From positions 106,095,676-106,140,119 of the forward strand of contig NC_068983.1 in assembly GCF_001194135.2 (NCBI RefSeq): DNA of 44,444 bases. Direction: 5' to 3'. How positions within the stretch are numbered: the stretch's first letter is position 1; each line of letters starts with the position of its first letter. A program made the translations under genes and the position numbers. Below are positions 34,127 through 44,444 of the stretch, piece by piece. Below the pieces are notes generated by a model, which made no database searches, was not told where the DNA came from, and worked only from the letters and a program-made list of their open reading frames with translations. The stretch comes from Octopus bimaculoides. Taxonomy: Eukaryota.

Positions 34127-35785
34127 ATTTCTTTATTAGGCATAAAGCCCTAAACATAGATGGGGACACCACAAGGACAGACTGGACCTCAGTGGGGACA
34201 AAAAACATAAAACGAATGTAAATGAAATGGAAGTTATATAAAAATGAAAAAATGAAAATGGACGCATGGGCCCCACTCCCATGCAGTACCATTTGAACCG
34301 TTATATGTACTATTTACAATTGTTCCTTTTTTTCCTTTAATTTCATACTTGTATTTGGTAGAACTTCCACCACTGGTGGCAAATCTCTAAATTCCACCCC
34401 CACTCCTGGCGGGTCAACGTTATCTCCACACATCTCTTTCAATTTTCTGTAGTTTTCCTCTTCTATCAATATTGCCTTCATTTCCTCTGCGTAGACGTAT
34501 GAAGGCACCTTCACTCTTACTATTGTGTGTAACTTGATTATTTTTTCTGTTTCAACATTTTTTGGGTATGTTACATAATACCATACTCCTTCTCCTCCTC
34601 GTATCTTCTTTCCTTTCTCTTGGACTTTTGATTCTCTTTTTTCTTCCTCCATAAATAGTCTCTCCATCTCACCTTCATACAGTTGGGTTTCCGACACTTT
34701 CTCCACTGGTAACTCCACTTTCTTTTTCCTTCCTACTGCCCTCCTTCACAGTTTCTTTTCTCATCTCTTCTCTCTTCTTTTTCTGCTTCTCTGGCGGAGA
34801 ACTCATTCCTCCGCTCCCCCTTCTTTTCTTTTTAACCATAGTGAATCCCTTCTCTGTTTCTTTTTCTGTTGCCTTGTCCTGTACTACTTGGTCCACACTC
34901 TCATGTCTTTCCTCCTGTTCTGTTTGTGGCTTTCTTTGGGTGCACCATGCCTTCATGTGGCCCCTTTCTCCACATGTGAAACATACTGGCGGCCTACCCT
35001 CCACAATAACTCTCAGCTTCACATCTTCTGGCAGCCCAATCTCATCCACCACACTATTCAAGTCCTCCGTTGTTGCCTGAATCATTAATTCGATACCATA
35101 TCCTCAGTAGTTCACCTTCTGGGTCCTTGTAGCCTTCAGAATCTTCCCGTCTTTCATATTATATGTTATGGCTGTCATCAGCCATTCTTCCTGTAATTCG
35201 GGTGGCACCCTACCCACTCGCACTTTGGCCACACGTTTGCCGCAGTACGAAGGCAAGACCACCCCTTCTTCTGACCTTATTGCCTCTGTGGAGTGCTTTA
35301 TTGCTTCCTCCTCCGTTGTAAAGCGCACCTCTACAGTGGCGTATCTCCTCCCTCTCGTAACGTAAGTTGTAACTCTTTTCAATTCCTCGATACACTCCTC
35401 TATGCCTTCTATCGGCGCAATCTCTATTTTCCTCGTGGCTGTCTTCATGGTTTTAAATGTTACCGTTCGTTTTAACACTTTGGCCGATAACTCTTCCGGT
35501 GACGTTAGCTTCAGTATGTTACCTTCCTTAGTGATTAATTTTTCACTCTCCTTCATCTTTCTGGGCTCCACTATTATTTCTCGGATCTCCAACTCTTGCA
35601 CGTCTACTCCTTTGCTCGTTGCGACCGCATAACTTAGGCCTGCCTCCGGCGCCTTCTCCATTTTCCCCACAAGGGGAAATAAAACAACAATTAACGAATT
35701 AACAACTTTAGCAACAATTCAAATCAATAACAATGGCAACAATTCGATAAACACTTCAACATAGACTCACGCAATAATTTCACAG
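34127..35785 (-). mobile_element. ORF1-only Tx1/L1-clade-like non-LTR retroelement (~1.66 kb)
   Basis: About 125-bp 5'UTR, a disrupted gag-like ORF1, and a ~190-bp 3'UTR ending aataaagaaat. No room for, and no trace of, an endonuclease/RT ORF2. Bounded by 13-bp imperfect direct repeats AGACGAAATACCG (34114-34126) / AGACGGGACACCG (35786-35798). Confidence 0.8.
34314..35661 (-). pseudogene. Disrupted retroelement ORF1 protein (RRM-like plus CCHC zinc knuckle), ~448 aa when repaired
   Basis: Three track ORFs join. There is an in-frame TGA at 35104-35106 (NY*GYG, probably TGG) and one frameshift near 34720. Motifs: RRM-like GRRYATVEVRFTTEEEA and VAKVRVGRVPPEL, then LRVIVEGRPPV-CFTCGERGHMKAWC (CX2CX4HX4C, 34942-34983) and a K/E-rich region. 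This layout is typical of Tx1/L1-clade ORF1p. Confidence 0.82.
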
Positions 35786-35798
35786 AGACGGGACACCG

Positions 35799-35844
35799 CT
35801 AAGCAGTTCGACCGGCGTGCTAACGTTTCTGCCAGCTCGCCGCC
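35799..35844 (-). mobile_element. SINE family B 5' head
   Basis: Reverse complement ggcggcgagctggcagaaacgttagcacgccggtcgaactgcttag matches 6807-6852 with 5 mismatches. Confidence 0.85.
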
Positions 35845-36642
35845 TGAAAACCAGCTCTTCCTCAAATTGCGCATTACCGTCTTGAAAAGAGTAAGAGTAT
35901 CCCAGATAATGTCATCTTGGATACGCAATGCATGGAAAAAACAAAACAAAAACCCTGGATGGTCATAGTTGAGCTGCTTTTGATTTCCACTTCTGCTATT
36001 TCAGAGCCAATCTGAGATTAAACAACAAAAACGTCGATGACGACGACGTGTGTTTGTTTATCGTTAATAGTTTAGCAGTCAATGTTTTAAAATGTTCATG
36101 TATTTGCCATTCAAGGGCAGTCCTAGTGTTCCTGGACATCTCGGCACTTACAAGTTTTAATGTTAAAATGCTTCACTAGGCGGAAAAAAACTGCATACGT
36201 AGGGATAAAATATACAAGCAGTAAAAAAACACTTCAAATACAACATCGAAGTTTCAAATCCTTTTATTAATATAACTGAGAGAGAGAGAGAGAGCTTGTT
36301 AATATTAATGGTAATGATGACACATTTTTATTACAAATTAGCGGTTTGGCGAGTGAGTGAAAGATTGAAAGGTGATATCGATTGCTCAGAGATGTAACAA
36401 ATTTTTTCCAAATAAATTCATAAAATATACAGAATAGATGCTGTAAGGGTAGCATTTTTTTCTCTCTGTTTTAGATCTGCAAATATTTCAAAGCACATTT
36501 TTTTTTTACACAATCATTTTCTTCTCTCGAAATTTCTAAAGATTTTTTTATCTATCGTGTGTCATTGGGTACCATAAAAAAGTCTTTATAACTTAATTTT
36601 AAAATGAGTCTCATTCCTGTAGTTGCACCAGTAAAAATTCGA

Positions 36643-36787
36643 AATATCCCTTTCTGTTAGAGGTTTAAGGCTTGAAATTCGGTGGGAAGAGGTTAGTCAA
36701 TTACATTAAATCCCAGCACTATGACTGGTACTTATTTCATTAACCCCGAAAGGATAAAAAGCAAAATCAACCTCGACAGCGTTTGAG
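36643..36787 (-). mobile_element. SINE fragment, family B body with third tail type
   Basis: Contains ctggtacttatttcattaaccccgaaaggataaaaagcaaaatcaacctcg. The tail is related to 33225-33297 and 43581-43620. Confidence 0.5.
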
Positions 36788-36808
36788 ATAAAATGATATG
36801 AAATATTG

Positions 36809-37038
36809 GTTTCAAATTTTGGCACAAGGCCAGCAATTTAGTGTGTGTCTGTGGTGGGGAGGGGTTAAGTCGATTACATTGCCNNNNNNNNNNNNNNNNN
36901 NNCAATGCGCAGCTAATGCTTATTTTATCGACCCCGAAAGGCAGAAAGACAAAGTTGGTCCCGACGAAATTAGAACTCAGAACGTAAAGACAGACGAAAT
37001 GCCACTAAGCATTTTTGTTCGGCGTGCTAACGATTCTG
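36809..37038 (-). mobile_element. SINE, family B head with second tail type, spanning the 19-N gap
   Basis: 17-bp flanking direct repeat AATGATATGAAA(T/C)ATTG at 36792-36808 and 37039-37055. Body matches 29973-30165. Confidence 0.75.
36884..36902. other. Assembly gap (19 N)
   Basis: Run of N. Confidence 0.99.
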
Positions 37039-38431
37039 AATGATATGAAACATTGTCTCCTAATATGCGGAGTTCAAATGATTTCCTGAATTGCCGGTAT
37101 CTTCAACTGGAGTTACACCCAAGCAACACGCGTAGCGTTTTGTTCTTTGGCCGATACTGATCTGATTTCAGTGCATTTATAACATTCTTTACTTGTTTCA
37201 ACCATTGGAGTGCCGCCATGCTGGGGCACCACCTTGATGCAAATGAAAGCTTTAGCAAGAACTGCTTTGTAGTTTGGTTTAAACGACCTTACAATCCTTG
37301 TTTAACGATTGTAAATTCGACTCTCCTAGCTAAGTTTGAATGTTCCACCCAGGTAGAAGAATATTGGGTTAAATGCTACTTTTCTTTGATTTATTAAGAG
37401 GGAAATTTATTACATGTACAGGCGACCAATGGCACCTTTCATAGCCCTACATTATCTTCCCTTTTAAGAGGGTATTTTGGAATTTAAGGAATTGGAAGCC
37501 ACAAAATAGGATCCTTTGAATAATTACCTCTGAGTAATTCATACCTTATTAACAGTTTATTCAGAAAAATATAAATTTGTAGATAATGAATTGACACAAA
37601 CACAATAAAAAGACACAAAAACGGATGTTCACACCCAGATCTTGGTGCATATTGTGGAGTGTAGTTCAAGCAATCATATTTCCTTGTCTGACTGCCAGAA
37701 CTTTCATTGAAACAAGAACCTCTTCCTCTGCACGATGTGTTGTGGTGCCACCAGCAGTATGAGTTAAGACTTTACAAAGTTAATCATCACAACATTCCTC
37801 TAAGGATCTATTCAATTTGACGGCCAGATTTTTTAATTAATTATTTTAACTAAACACTTTGAAACTTCGGATACTGGTACAATGTGTCACATAGAATGGG
37901 GTTTACAAAATTTTTTATTTTAGAAGTTATTTCCTGTTAAAGTTGTCGTATTTGGGTAATTTAAAGTAATCAATGACGTGTATTCAGCTGAAGAAAATTA
38001 CTGCTGCTGTTTGCGAACAACTGGGTCCATTGAGAAAACAATGATACACACATTAATAATAGTCAGAAGTTACAGAGTGACGCTGGCCAAATTCGTGTTT
38101 GATAAGTGATATATATACATATATGCCGATGATATATATACATACTTCGGAAAATTCACAAGATCCAAGTTTTTCCTTCATAAATTTTAGGAAAATGTTA
38201 TTTTTTTAATGAAATTTTATATAAATACCTTTCAACCGGCATAGATTACGATTATAAAGGAATTTGTGGGAAAATTTTCCCGAGAGGTGGGGAGAGGACT
38301 TTGGAAAATTCACAAATTCCAAGCTTTTCGCCCATAACTTGGTGACAGCTTATCGTGGACAACAGGTATAAATCCAAATTTTAAATATTCCTCTGAATAT
38401 TGACAAACTTTTTTTTTTGCTTGCACTACTC

Positions 38432-38691
38432 ATTTTGAAAGGCAGGAAAAAAGCAGACTTCTCTTGATATGTTTCTAATGAAACGACCTGCAAGAGTTTA
38501 AAACGAAAAAAGTGTGTCCAAAAAGCCTAAAATAAGCGAAGTGAGAGAGAAAACGCCAGAAATTGTTCTTCCTGAAGTCTTAAGGGAAGGAGATTCGCCT
38601 TCCAAACAGCAATACCCCTCCTCCCTGCTCTATCGTCTCCCTCCGAGCTCGGTCATGGAACGAATTGAACTCGTACTGCGAAGTATTACTG
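38432..38691 (+). mobile_element. Tigger/pogo transposon 3' remnant (transposase C-terminus plus right TIR)
   Basis: Disrupted reading ILKGR(fs)KQTSLDMFLMKRPARV*NEKSVSKKPKISEVREKTPEIVLPEVLREGDSPSKQ resembles, from memory, invertebrate TIGD1-like C-termini. It is followed by a TIR-like end ctcgtactgcgaagtattactg (reverse complement CAGTAATAC...). Confidence 0.55.
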
Positions 38692-40585
38692 TGTTTTGCC
38701 CAATTACAAGAATGAACGAGTTAAATAGGAAGAGAAAAAGATGTAATACTGTATGAAAGTAAAAACAGAACACAATATATAACTAAATAATATTAGCTAG
38801 TTTTGTTTTCGATTCCTAGCTTAGATCTTACCGAGGTGGACTTTGCTTTCTTTTTCTCCAGGATCAATAAAATAAGTACAAGTAATGAGGAATTTAAATT
38901 GAGATCTTTGCTCTACCATTCAAAACTTTTTATTCTTTACAGTTTCAAGCGAACTATAATACTCTCTAATAATGTGTATTTACATAAGGCGGCATCACAA
39001 AATTCGCTCATGTTACGGTAAGCCAAATCACGATGTTGTTTCCCTAAAGAAACACATAAATGCCATACTTTCCATTTCCGGAGATATATTGCATTTGCTC
39101 ATTGCGGTACACGTTTCCAGAGAGTAGAATGCTGCGATATGATTTCATTTTCTCATTTGAAGTAATTTTTTACACTCCCTGAATGGATGTGGAAAAAGAC
39201 ATCCCACCTTTTTTTTTTTTTTTTTTTTGTTTTAAACTAGAAACTTAGAAATAATATAAACTAGAAACTTAGAAACAAGCCTAAAGGAATATAAATGTTA
39301 GTATTAAGTGTGAACACGCATAGTAAAAAAAAAAATTAAATAGGAGGGTTGGTAGTAATACTCTTTGCGAATCTTAAATTAAGGTCAGTTGTTGTCGAAC
39401 ATATCGTTTCGAAATTTGAGGTAACTGGTCATTTTTTGCTCATCTAATCCTCTATAATCCGGTAAATGAAACTAAATTTTCCTAAAAATATAGCTATACT
39501 AGTACAAAGTAGATTAATACTTAAGCATCTTATTTTCGTCATAGAGGCCTTAATATTGAAGTGTTTTTAAAGCAACATGTTTACTTTAAGACTACAAAAG
39601 ATGTAATTAACCACCGCATGGGCTAAAGTATCTAATCATCACATACGTATACACACACACAGACACATCTGAGTATAATTACTAAGTCGGTGTAGAGCCG
39701 CTTTAATTGGAATTCTCATCGTAACAGCCTCCCTTTCATCAATTAAAATGAATAGTACATAAGCATTTTGCAGTCGTCATCATCATCACTTTAATTATAA
39801 AGCATTTCACAATTACTTACCTATATCAAGAGATAAATTTAACTGCATTCTAGAGATCAGCTCTATCAATATACGAGTATTCCATAAAGTAAAGGTAAAA
39901 TCGTTTTGCTTCGCTCATGTCGTTTATGATAAAAATACCACATTTCTTTTTTAATCCTCATCCTACCAAAAATGCAGGGCCGTTGGGATTAGTTAAAAGA
40001 AGTTAAATATCGAAGTGGTAAGTTCTCTGTCAGTTTACATTTTCTATTTGATTCAAATCAGTTGGTAACAGCTAAATTGAGGCATCGATGTTGATATTAA
40101 TTTCGATCTAGATGAACTCAGGCAATTACATTCAGATCCCTTAGTATCAACTATAATTACATCACAAAATCGATAGCGTGGACATTCGCGAACTCCAGCA
40201 GTTAGATAAAGTGACAATTTTTTGTTAAACGCTATATTGAGTAAAATAAAAATTAATATTAATGTCTTTGCTTAATATATAACGTGAAATTTACAATAAT
40301 AACGGGAGATTCTCCATGTGGAATAGTGTTTTGAGTTAAGTAGCAACGAGAAAATCATTCAAATGACGGTTGATAACTTGGTACCTTTCAGAAAAGTGAA
40401 GCAGCATAACTTTAATTTACTGTACGAATTTTACCAACAAATGAATATCAGTTTTTCATTTAACTTAATATAATACGTCAAATAACTCATTTGTTAAAAT
40501 TTGATTCTTGTCTTTCTCTGTATAATGGCATAACACAATAAAATAGTGGTACACATAGTCAGTTATTATACAATGCTGAGACACA

Positions 40586-40760
40586 GGACAAAATGCTTAC
40601 AGTATTTCTTCTGACTATACGCTCTGAGTTCAAATGTCGACTTTGTCTTTCATCCTTTCAGATGTCGATAAAACATGTACTAATTGAGAGCTGAAGTCGA
40701 TCTGATCGACGAATCACCGGCTCCCAAATTGATGGCCTTGTGCCAAAGTTTGAAACAATT
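40586..40760 (+). mobile_element. Diverged SINE, family B head (truncated) with second tail type
   Basis: Contains ggacaaaatgctt, ctgagttcaaa, gactttgtctttcatcctttc and gatggccttgtgccaaagtttgaaac. Confidence 0.55.
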
Positions 40761-42216
40761 ATATAATGCCGGGTAGTATACAGGTAAGGGACGTAACTCT
40801 ATTGTGTTTTTAGTAAAATTATTTTGGTGACACCAACAGGACCAAGTCATTCAACGTGATTAAAAGACTATTAATTTCAAGCTCATTTGTGGGGGTATGT
40901 AAACAATCTATTCCTGTAAATATTGTAAAGAAATTATTATTTTATAAACATATTTTACTTTAAAAAGATATCACGTTGGGTATACTTCGATCATAATTTT
41001 TCTCTTGTATTCTCTGTCAAGGTCGTTTATAGGTCTACTTTCGTTTTTTTTCTTTTTTACCTGTCTTTCCTTCTCATATACTGTTTCGTATAAAGCCGCA
41101 CATTTTGTTTTAACATGTAATCGCAACTAAATGCTGTGTTGCAATTAAACCAAGGCCAAAAATATTTTATTTATTTATATTAAATTGTCGTTGATTTATA
41201 TTTCTCGCATTGATTACAGACATCAATTCTTCGCAAAATGTAGATATCTTATTTACATTTCCCTTCAATTATCTATTTTGTTCGTTTCCTAGTTGACATG
41301 TACTTTTATAATTAATATTTGCTGAATATGAGTTTTGCATTTCCATTATTATTGGGCGGCATTTAAATTCACTTATAATTTGATTTTGATCAAATGCATT
41401 TTAGAAAATCTGTTTATCAGCAATAACAACTCTTGCTAAAAGAAAAACAAAAAAAAAAAAAGTAACGAATTCGCAAAGTGGACCTCTGCAGATCGTTTTC
41501 CCTTGTCAGTTAACCAGCCATAACTTCCTTAAACTGTACCTTACTATAGTATAAAAGAAAAGATATTCAGTTTAGCTGAATACCTTTAATCATAGGTCCG
41601 TTTAATTAGGCTAAATAAGATTAATTAACTGTAAAAATCTTATACTGATGAGTGCACAATCTCATTGGAACATGTGATTAAGTAGAACACTGATCAAAGG
41701 CCTTACTGTTCTATCGATCTAGTCTTTCTTTTTTTAAAAGATAGTAGGGTACAATTTCAACGAGATTTGGCTGCTATTTCTGGCAAGTCGAGTGATCACT
41801 TTGATGTTTTCCTCGGTTAATAAAATGAAAGTACCATGCCATGTGTATGTTCTATGCGGCGTCCGGAGAAAGATTATACACCCCAGGTCATGGTAAGCGC
41901 AGAAATAGCTCATGGACTAGTCTGAAATCTGTTATCCCCCACGGTGCACAGATCAAATACAAAATACCTTTCACCTCTACCAATTGATAGTAATTTCTTT
42001 AAACGTTCTCTATATAATCGGGTTGTGTTATGTTAGGGCTGGGCCCGTAGCATGTGTTACAAGGGGTCCTAAACTTAAAACCTGTTTGTTTTATCGGATT
42101 ATAATTATATTCGTGGATCCAACTGCACATTTGTAAGGTCTGTAAGCTATAACTATATATAACCTCGTGGGCATCGGTACCATTTTCCTCTTTCTTCCAT
42201 TCTCCGAATTTTCCAT

Positions 42217-42345
42217 CTTTCCGACGAAGGGCTACGCCCGAAACGTCATACACTCTCGCTTTCCTTTCCTGAGCGTCCAATAACACTATCCATATCACGT
42301 CCTCACTTTGTTGTTTTTTTGTTTTTTTGTTATTGTTTTTTTGAA

Positions 42346-42347
<2 letters not shown>
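42217..42347 (+). mobile_element. Penelope-like element terminal segment 1 (5' limit uncertain; may start near 42000)
   Basis: Hammerhead motif followed by ttcctgagcgtccaataacac and a T-rich end abutting (TA)n. Homologous to the reverse complement of 42388-42522. Confidence 0.6.
42221..42247 (+). ncRNA. Minimal type I hammerhead ribozyme motif, degenerate (U4 to C)
   Basis: CCGACGA-A-GGGC-UAC-GCCC-GAA-ACGU-C. Stem II is 4 bp, stem III is the palindrome ACGU, the cleavage triplet is GUC, and stem I is poor. Confidence 0.6.

Positions 42348-42387
<40 letters not shown>
42348..42387. repeat. (TA)20 microsatellite
   Basis: Read directly; separates the two Penelope-like ends. Confidence 0.97.
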
Positions 42388-42389
<2 letters not shown>

Positions 42390-42540
42390 CAATCCAAACA
42401 AGAACAAGCAAGAAAAAAGAACAACGCGAGGAAGTGGAACAAGTACCGTGTTATTGGACACTCAGGGAAGGAAAGAAAAGAAAGAGGATTTCACGTTTCG
42501 AGCGGAGCTCTTCGTCAGAAATATAGAAAAAGTCCAAAGA
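42388..42540 (-). mobile_element. Penelope-like element terminal segment 2
   Basis: Reverse complement has a hammerhead motif, then ttccctgagtgtccaataacac and a T-rich end abutting (TA)n. Confidence 0.6.
42492..42518 (-). ncRNA. Minimal type I hammerhead ribozyme motif, degenerate (N17 = G)
   Basis: AUUU-CUGACGA-A-GAGC-UCC-GCUC-GAA-ACGU-G-AAAU. Intact CUGANGA/GAAA core, 4-bp stems I and II, non-cleavable GUG triplet. Confidence 0.68.
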
Positions 42541-43580
42541 TATCAAAATAAGCAACAGGATATCAAGAGTTGAAGCAGTACGACCGTTTCAAGCGGTTCC
42601 ATTTAATTGAATGATGCAATCATTACATCAATTTAAATGCAGGGCTATCCTCAGCTGCATAAATAAATAATTTTTAGTGTCATATCTGATGTGAACTTAC
42701 CCTCTAGTATTATATATAATAAGCTAATGGGATATTGAGTTATATGATGAATTAAAGTGCATTGCATATGTTATAAGCTATAAGGTATGGTGTGTGGTAT
42801 GCTACATGTAGTTACTATCCTATGAATAATCCTGCCTAGTTAGTCTGATTGCATCATGTTTTTGGTGATTAAACTATTTATTCCTTTCTATGATGTTCTA
42901 CCCTACTGATCATATTATATATTTTTGTAATGGCTTTTATGTAAGTAAACCTCCTAATTATATACCTCTGGGAAACTATAAAATCATATATGTAATAGCA
43001 CCAATAACTTTACAGCTTATAAAATACCTCTTTGGTCTGAATACCTCCAACTGCCCTCACTACTCCCATACCTATTGCCTTTTCTTTGAGGTTATCTTTA
43101 TCTCTCCCCTAATTCAAATTTTAATACTCTGTCTCTTTAAAGTGTAAGTTATATATATTTTCTTACTATTCTCTATAATTTCTTATTTTGATATCTTTAC
43201 CTATCAACCTCTTATCCCTTATAAGTTGTTACTGTTCTTAAATAGAGGTATAAACTTTCTAGTTACTTAAGTCTATGAGAGTTGATTATAATATCCATAA
43301 CGTATAAATATTTGTGTATGTGTGCCCATAGATAAATATATGTATGTATCTGTACACAACTTTTATTTTTTTCAATTTTTTTTTTTCTGATTCTTAGCTT
43401 ATAATTAATATATAGATAGCATGGATTATCGCCCCAGTATTCCATAAGTAAATACCCAGAGCAGTCTTTATAGAAACCACCTAATAAGTGAATAATTAAC
43501 TATATGAATGAATATTAAAATAAAGGTCCAGTAAAGATCTGCTCTGTGAGAGCAGAACATTGTGTTATTCCTGTGGATAT

Positions 43581-43799
43581 AACAATCCTTTCTAATATAG
43601 GCACAAGGCCTGGATTTTGTGGGGAGGGGGATAGTTGATCATATCGACCCCAGTACTCAACTGGTACTTAATTTATTGACCCCTGAAAGGATAAAAGGCA
43701 AAATCAACTTCGGTGGAATTTCAACGCAGAATGTAGTGGCAAAGAAAATACCGCTAAGCATTTCACCTGGCATGCTAACAATTCTGCCAGCTCACTGCC
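43581..43799 (-). mobile_element. SINE, family B head with third tail type (...aggccttgtgcctatattagaaaggattgtt)
   Basis: Reverse complement starts ggcagtgagctggcagaattgttagcatgccagg and follows the family B body. Confidence 0.7.
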
Positions 43800-44162
43800 C
43801 TCCTGTGGATGTAATACTTAAAATAAGATGAAAAGGTGAAAGACTGAGGAAGAGAAAGTACTACATGATTGCAGTTAGCTGAAGGGTCACCAGATTTTAA
43901 TGGCAATTTACCCCTTGCACTTATGACTAATTGCGCATGCGCACATGCATTTGTACACAATTACTCATGCACACACAGACCCATGCACTCATGCACACAC
44001 ATGTTAGCGTGTATGTTGATGTCTTTTGTAGCCAGTTGAATAGGGTTGATGATGTGGGCTGCATTGGTTTCGATGTTAGTGATGGTGGGCATGCAGTGGA
44101 GGGGTTGTCATATTGTTCTTGTTAATTGTATTGTTGTGACCGTTTAGTCTAAAATCAATCCT

Positions 44163-44360
44163 CATAGACTTTGACTGCGGCCATGCTGGAGCATCGCCTT
44201 TAGTAGAACGAATCAACTCCAGGACTTATTCTTTGTAAGCCTAGTACTTATTCTATCGAACTCTTTTGCCAAATCGCTAAGTCACAGGGCCATAAACACA
44301 CCAATATCCATTAAGCGATTGTGGTGGGGACAAACACAGACACACAAACATATACATATC
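44163..44360 (-). mobile_element. SINE family A 3' half
   Basis: Reverse complement matches 10400-10580 and 23110-23280 (tttgtccccaccac, gaataagtactaggcttacaaagaataagtcc, gatgctccagcatggccgcagtcaaa). Confidence 0.7.
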
Positions 44361-44362
44361 AG

Positions 44363-44407
44363 TCTGTCTATCTATCTATCTATCTATCTATCTCTCTATC
44401 TCTCTTC

Positions 44408-44444
<37 letters not shown>
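44363..44444. repeat. (CTAT)n/(CT)n microsatellite running off the window end
   Basis: Read directly. Confidence 0.95.

Noticed and set aside
37804-38340. Probable DNA-transposon debris, beginning GGATCTA like the Merlin-like TIR and with a direct repeat GGAAAATTCACAA
   Set aside because: No matching second TIR, TSD or ORF, and a 7-bp match is not enough to assign a family.
41644-41680. CTGATGAG...GGAACATGTG, a possible third Penelope hammerhead
   Set aside because: GAAA is mutated, stem II does not pair and the triplet is GUG. It is too degenerate to call.

Overview
AT-rich, repeat-dense animal genomic DNA. The SINE families and microsatellite load suggest a coleoid cephalopod, probably Octopus (inferred from recognising the repeats, not from a database hit). 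There are two sized assembly gaps (31780-32215, 36884-36902). Two convergent spliced genes can be reconstructed by hand. The first is the last six coding exons of EXOSC7/RRP42 (+, 1152-13298; the 5' exons lie before the window). The second is a complete three-exon G2E3/PHF7-family triple zinc-finger gene (-, 15253-27878, 785 aa) that lacks a HECT domain and instead has a long low-complexity tail with four clustered SUMO-interacting-motif candidates. The rest is intronic or intergenic mobile DNA: tRNA-derived SINEs, Helitron-, piggyBac-, hAT-, Kolobok- and Merlin-like non-autonomous elements, a Tigger remnant, and two Penelope-like ends carrying degenerate minimal hammerhead ribozymes. The most unusual item is at 33942-35844. 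A ~1.66 kb ORF1-only Tx1/L1-type retroelement sits inside a tRNA-derived SINE and shares that SINE's 3' tail, including a 13-nt hairpin with compensatory base-pair changes. Most of the short ORFs in the supplied track are microsatellite, antisense or N-gap artefacts. SINE 'families A/B/C' are my working labels.
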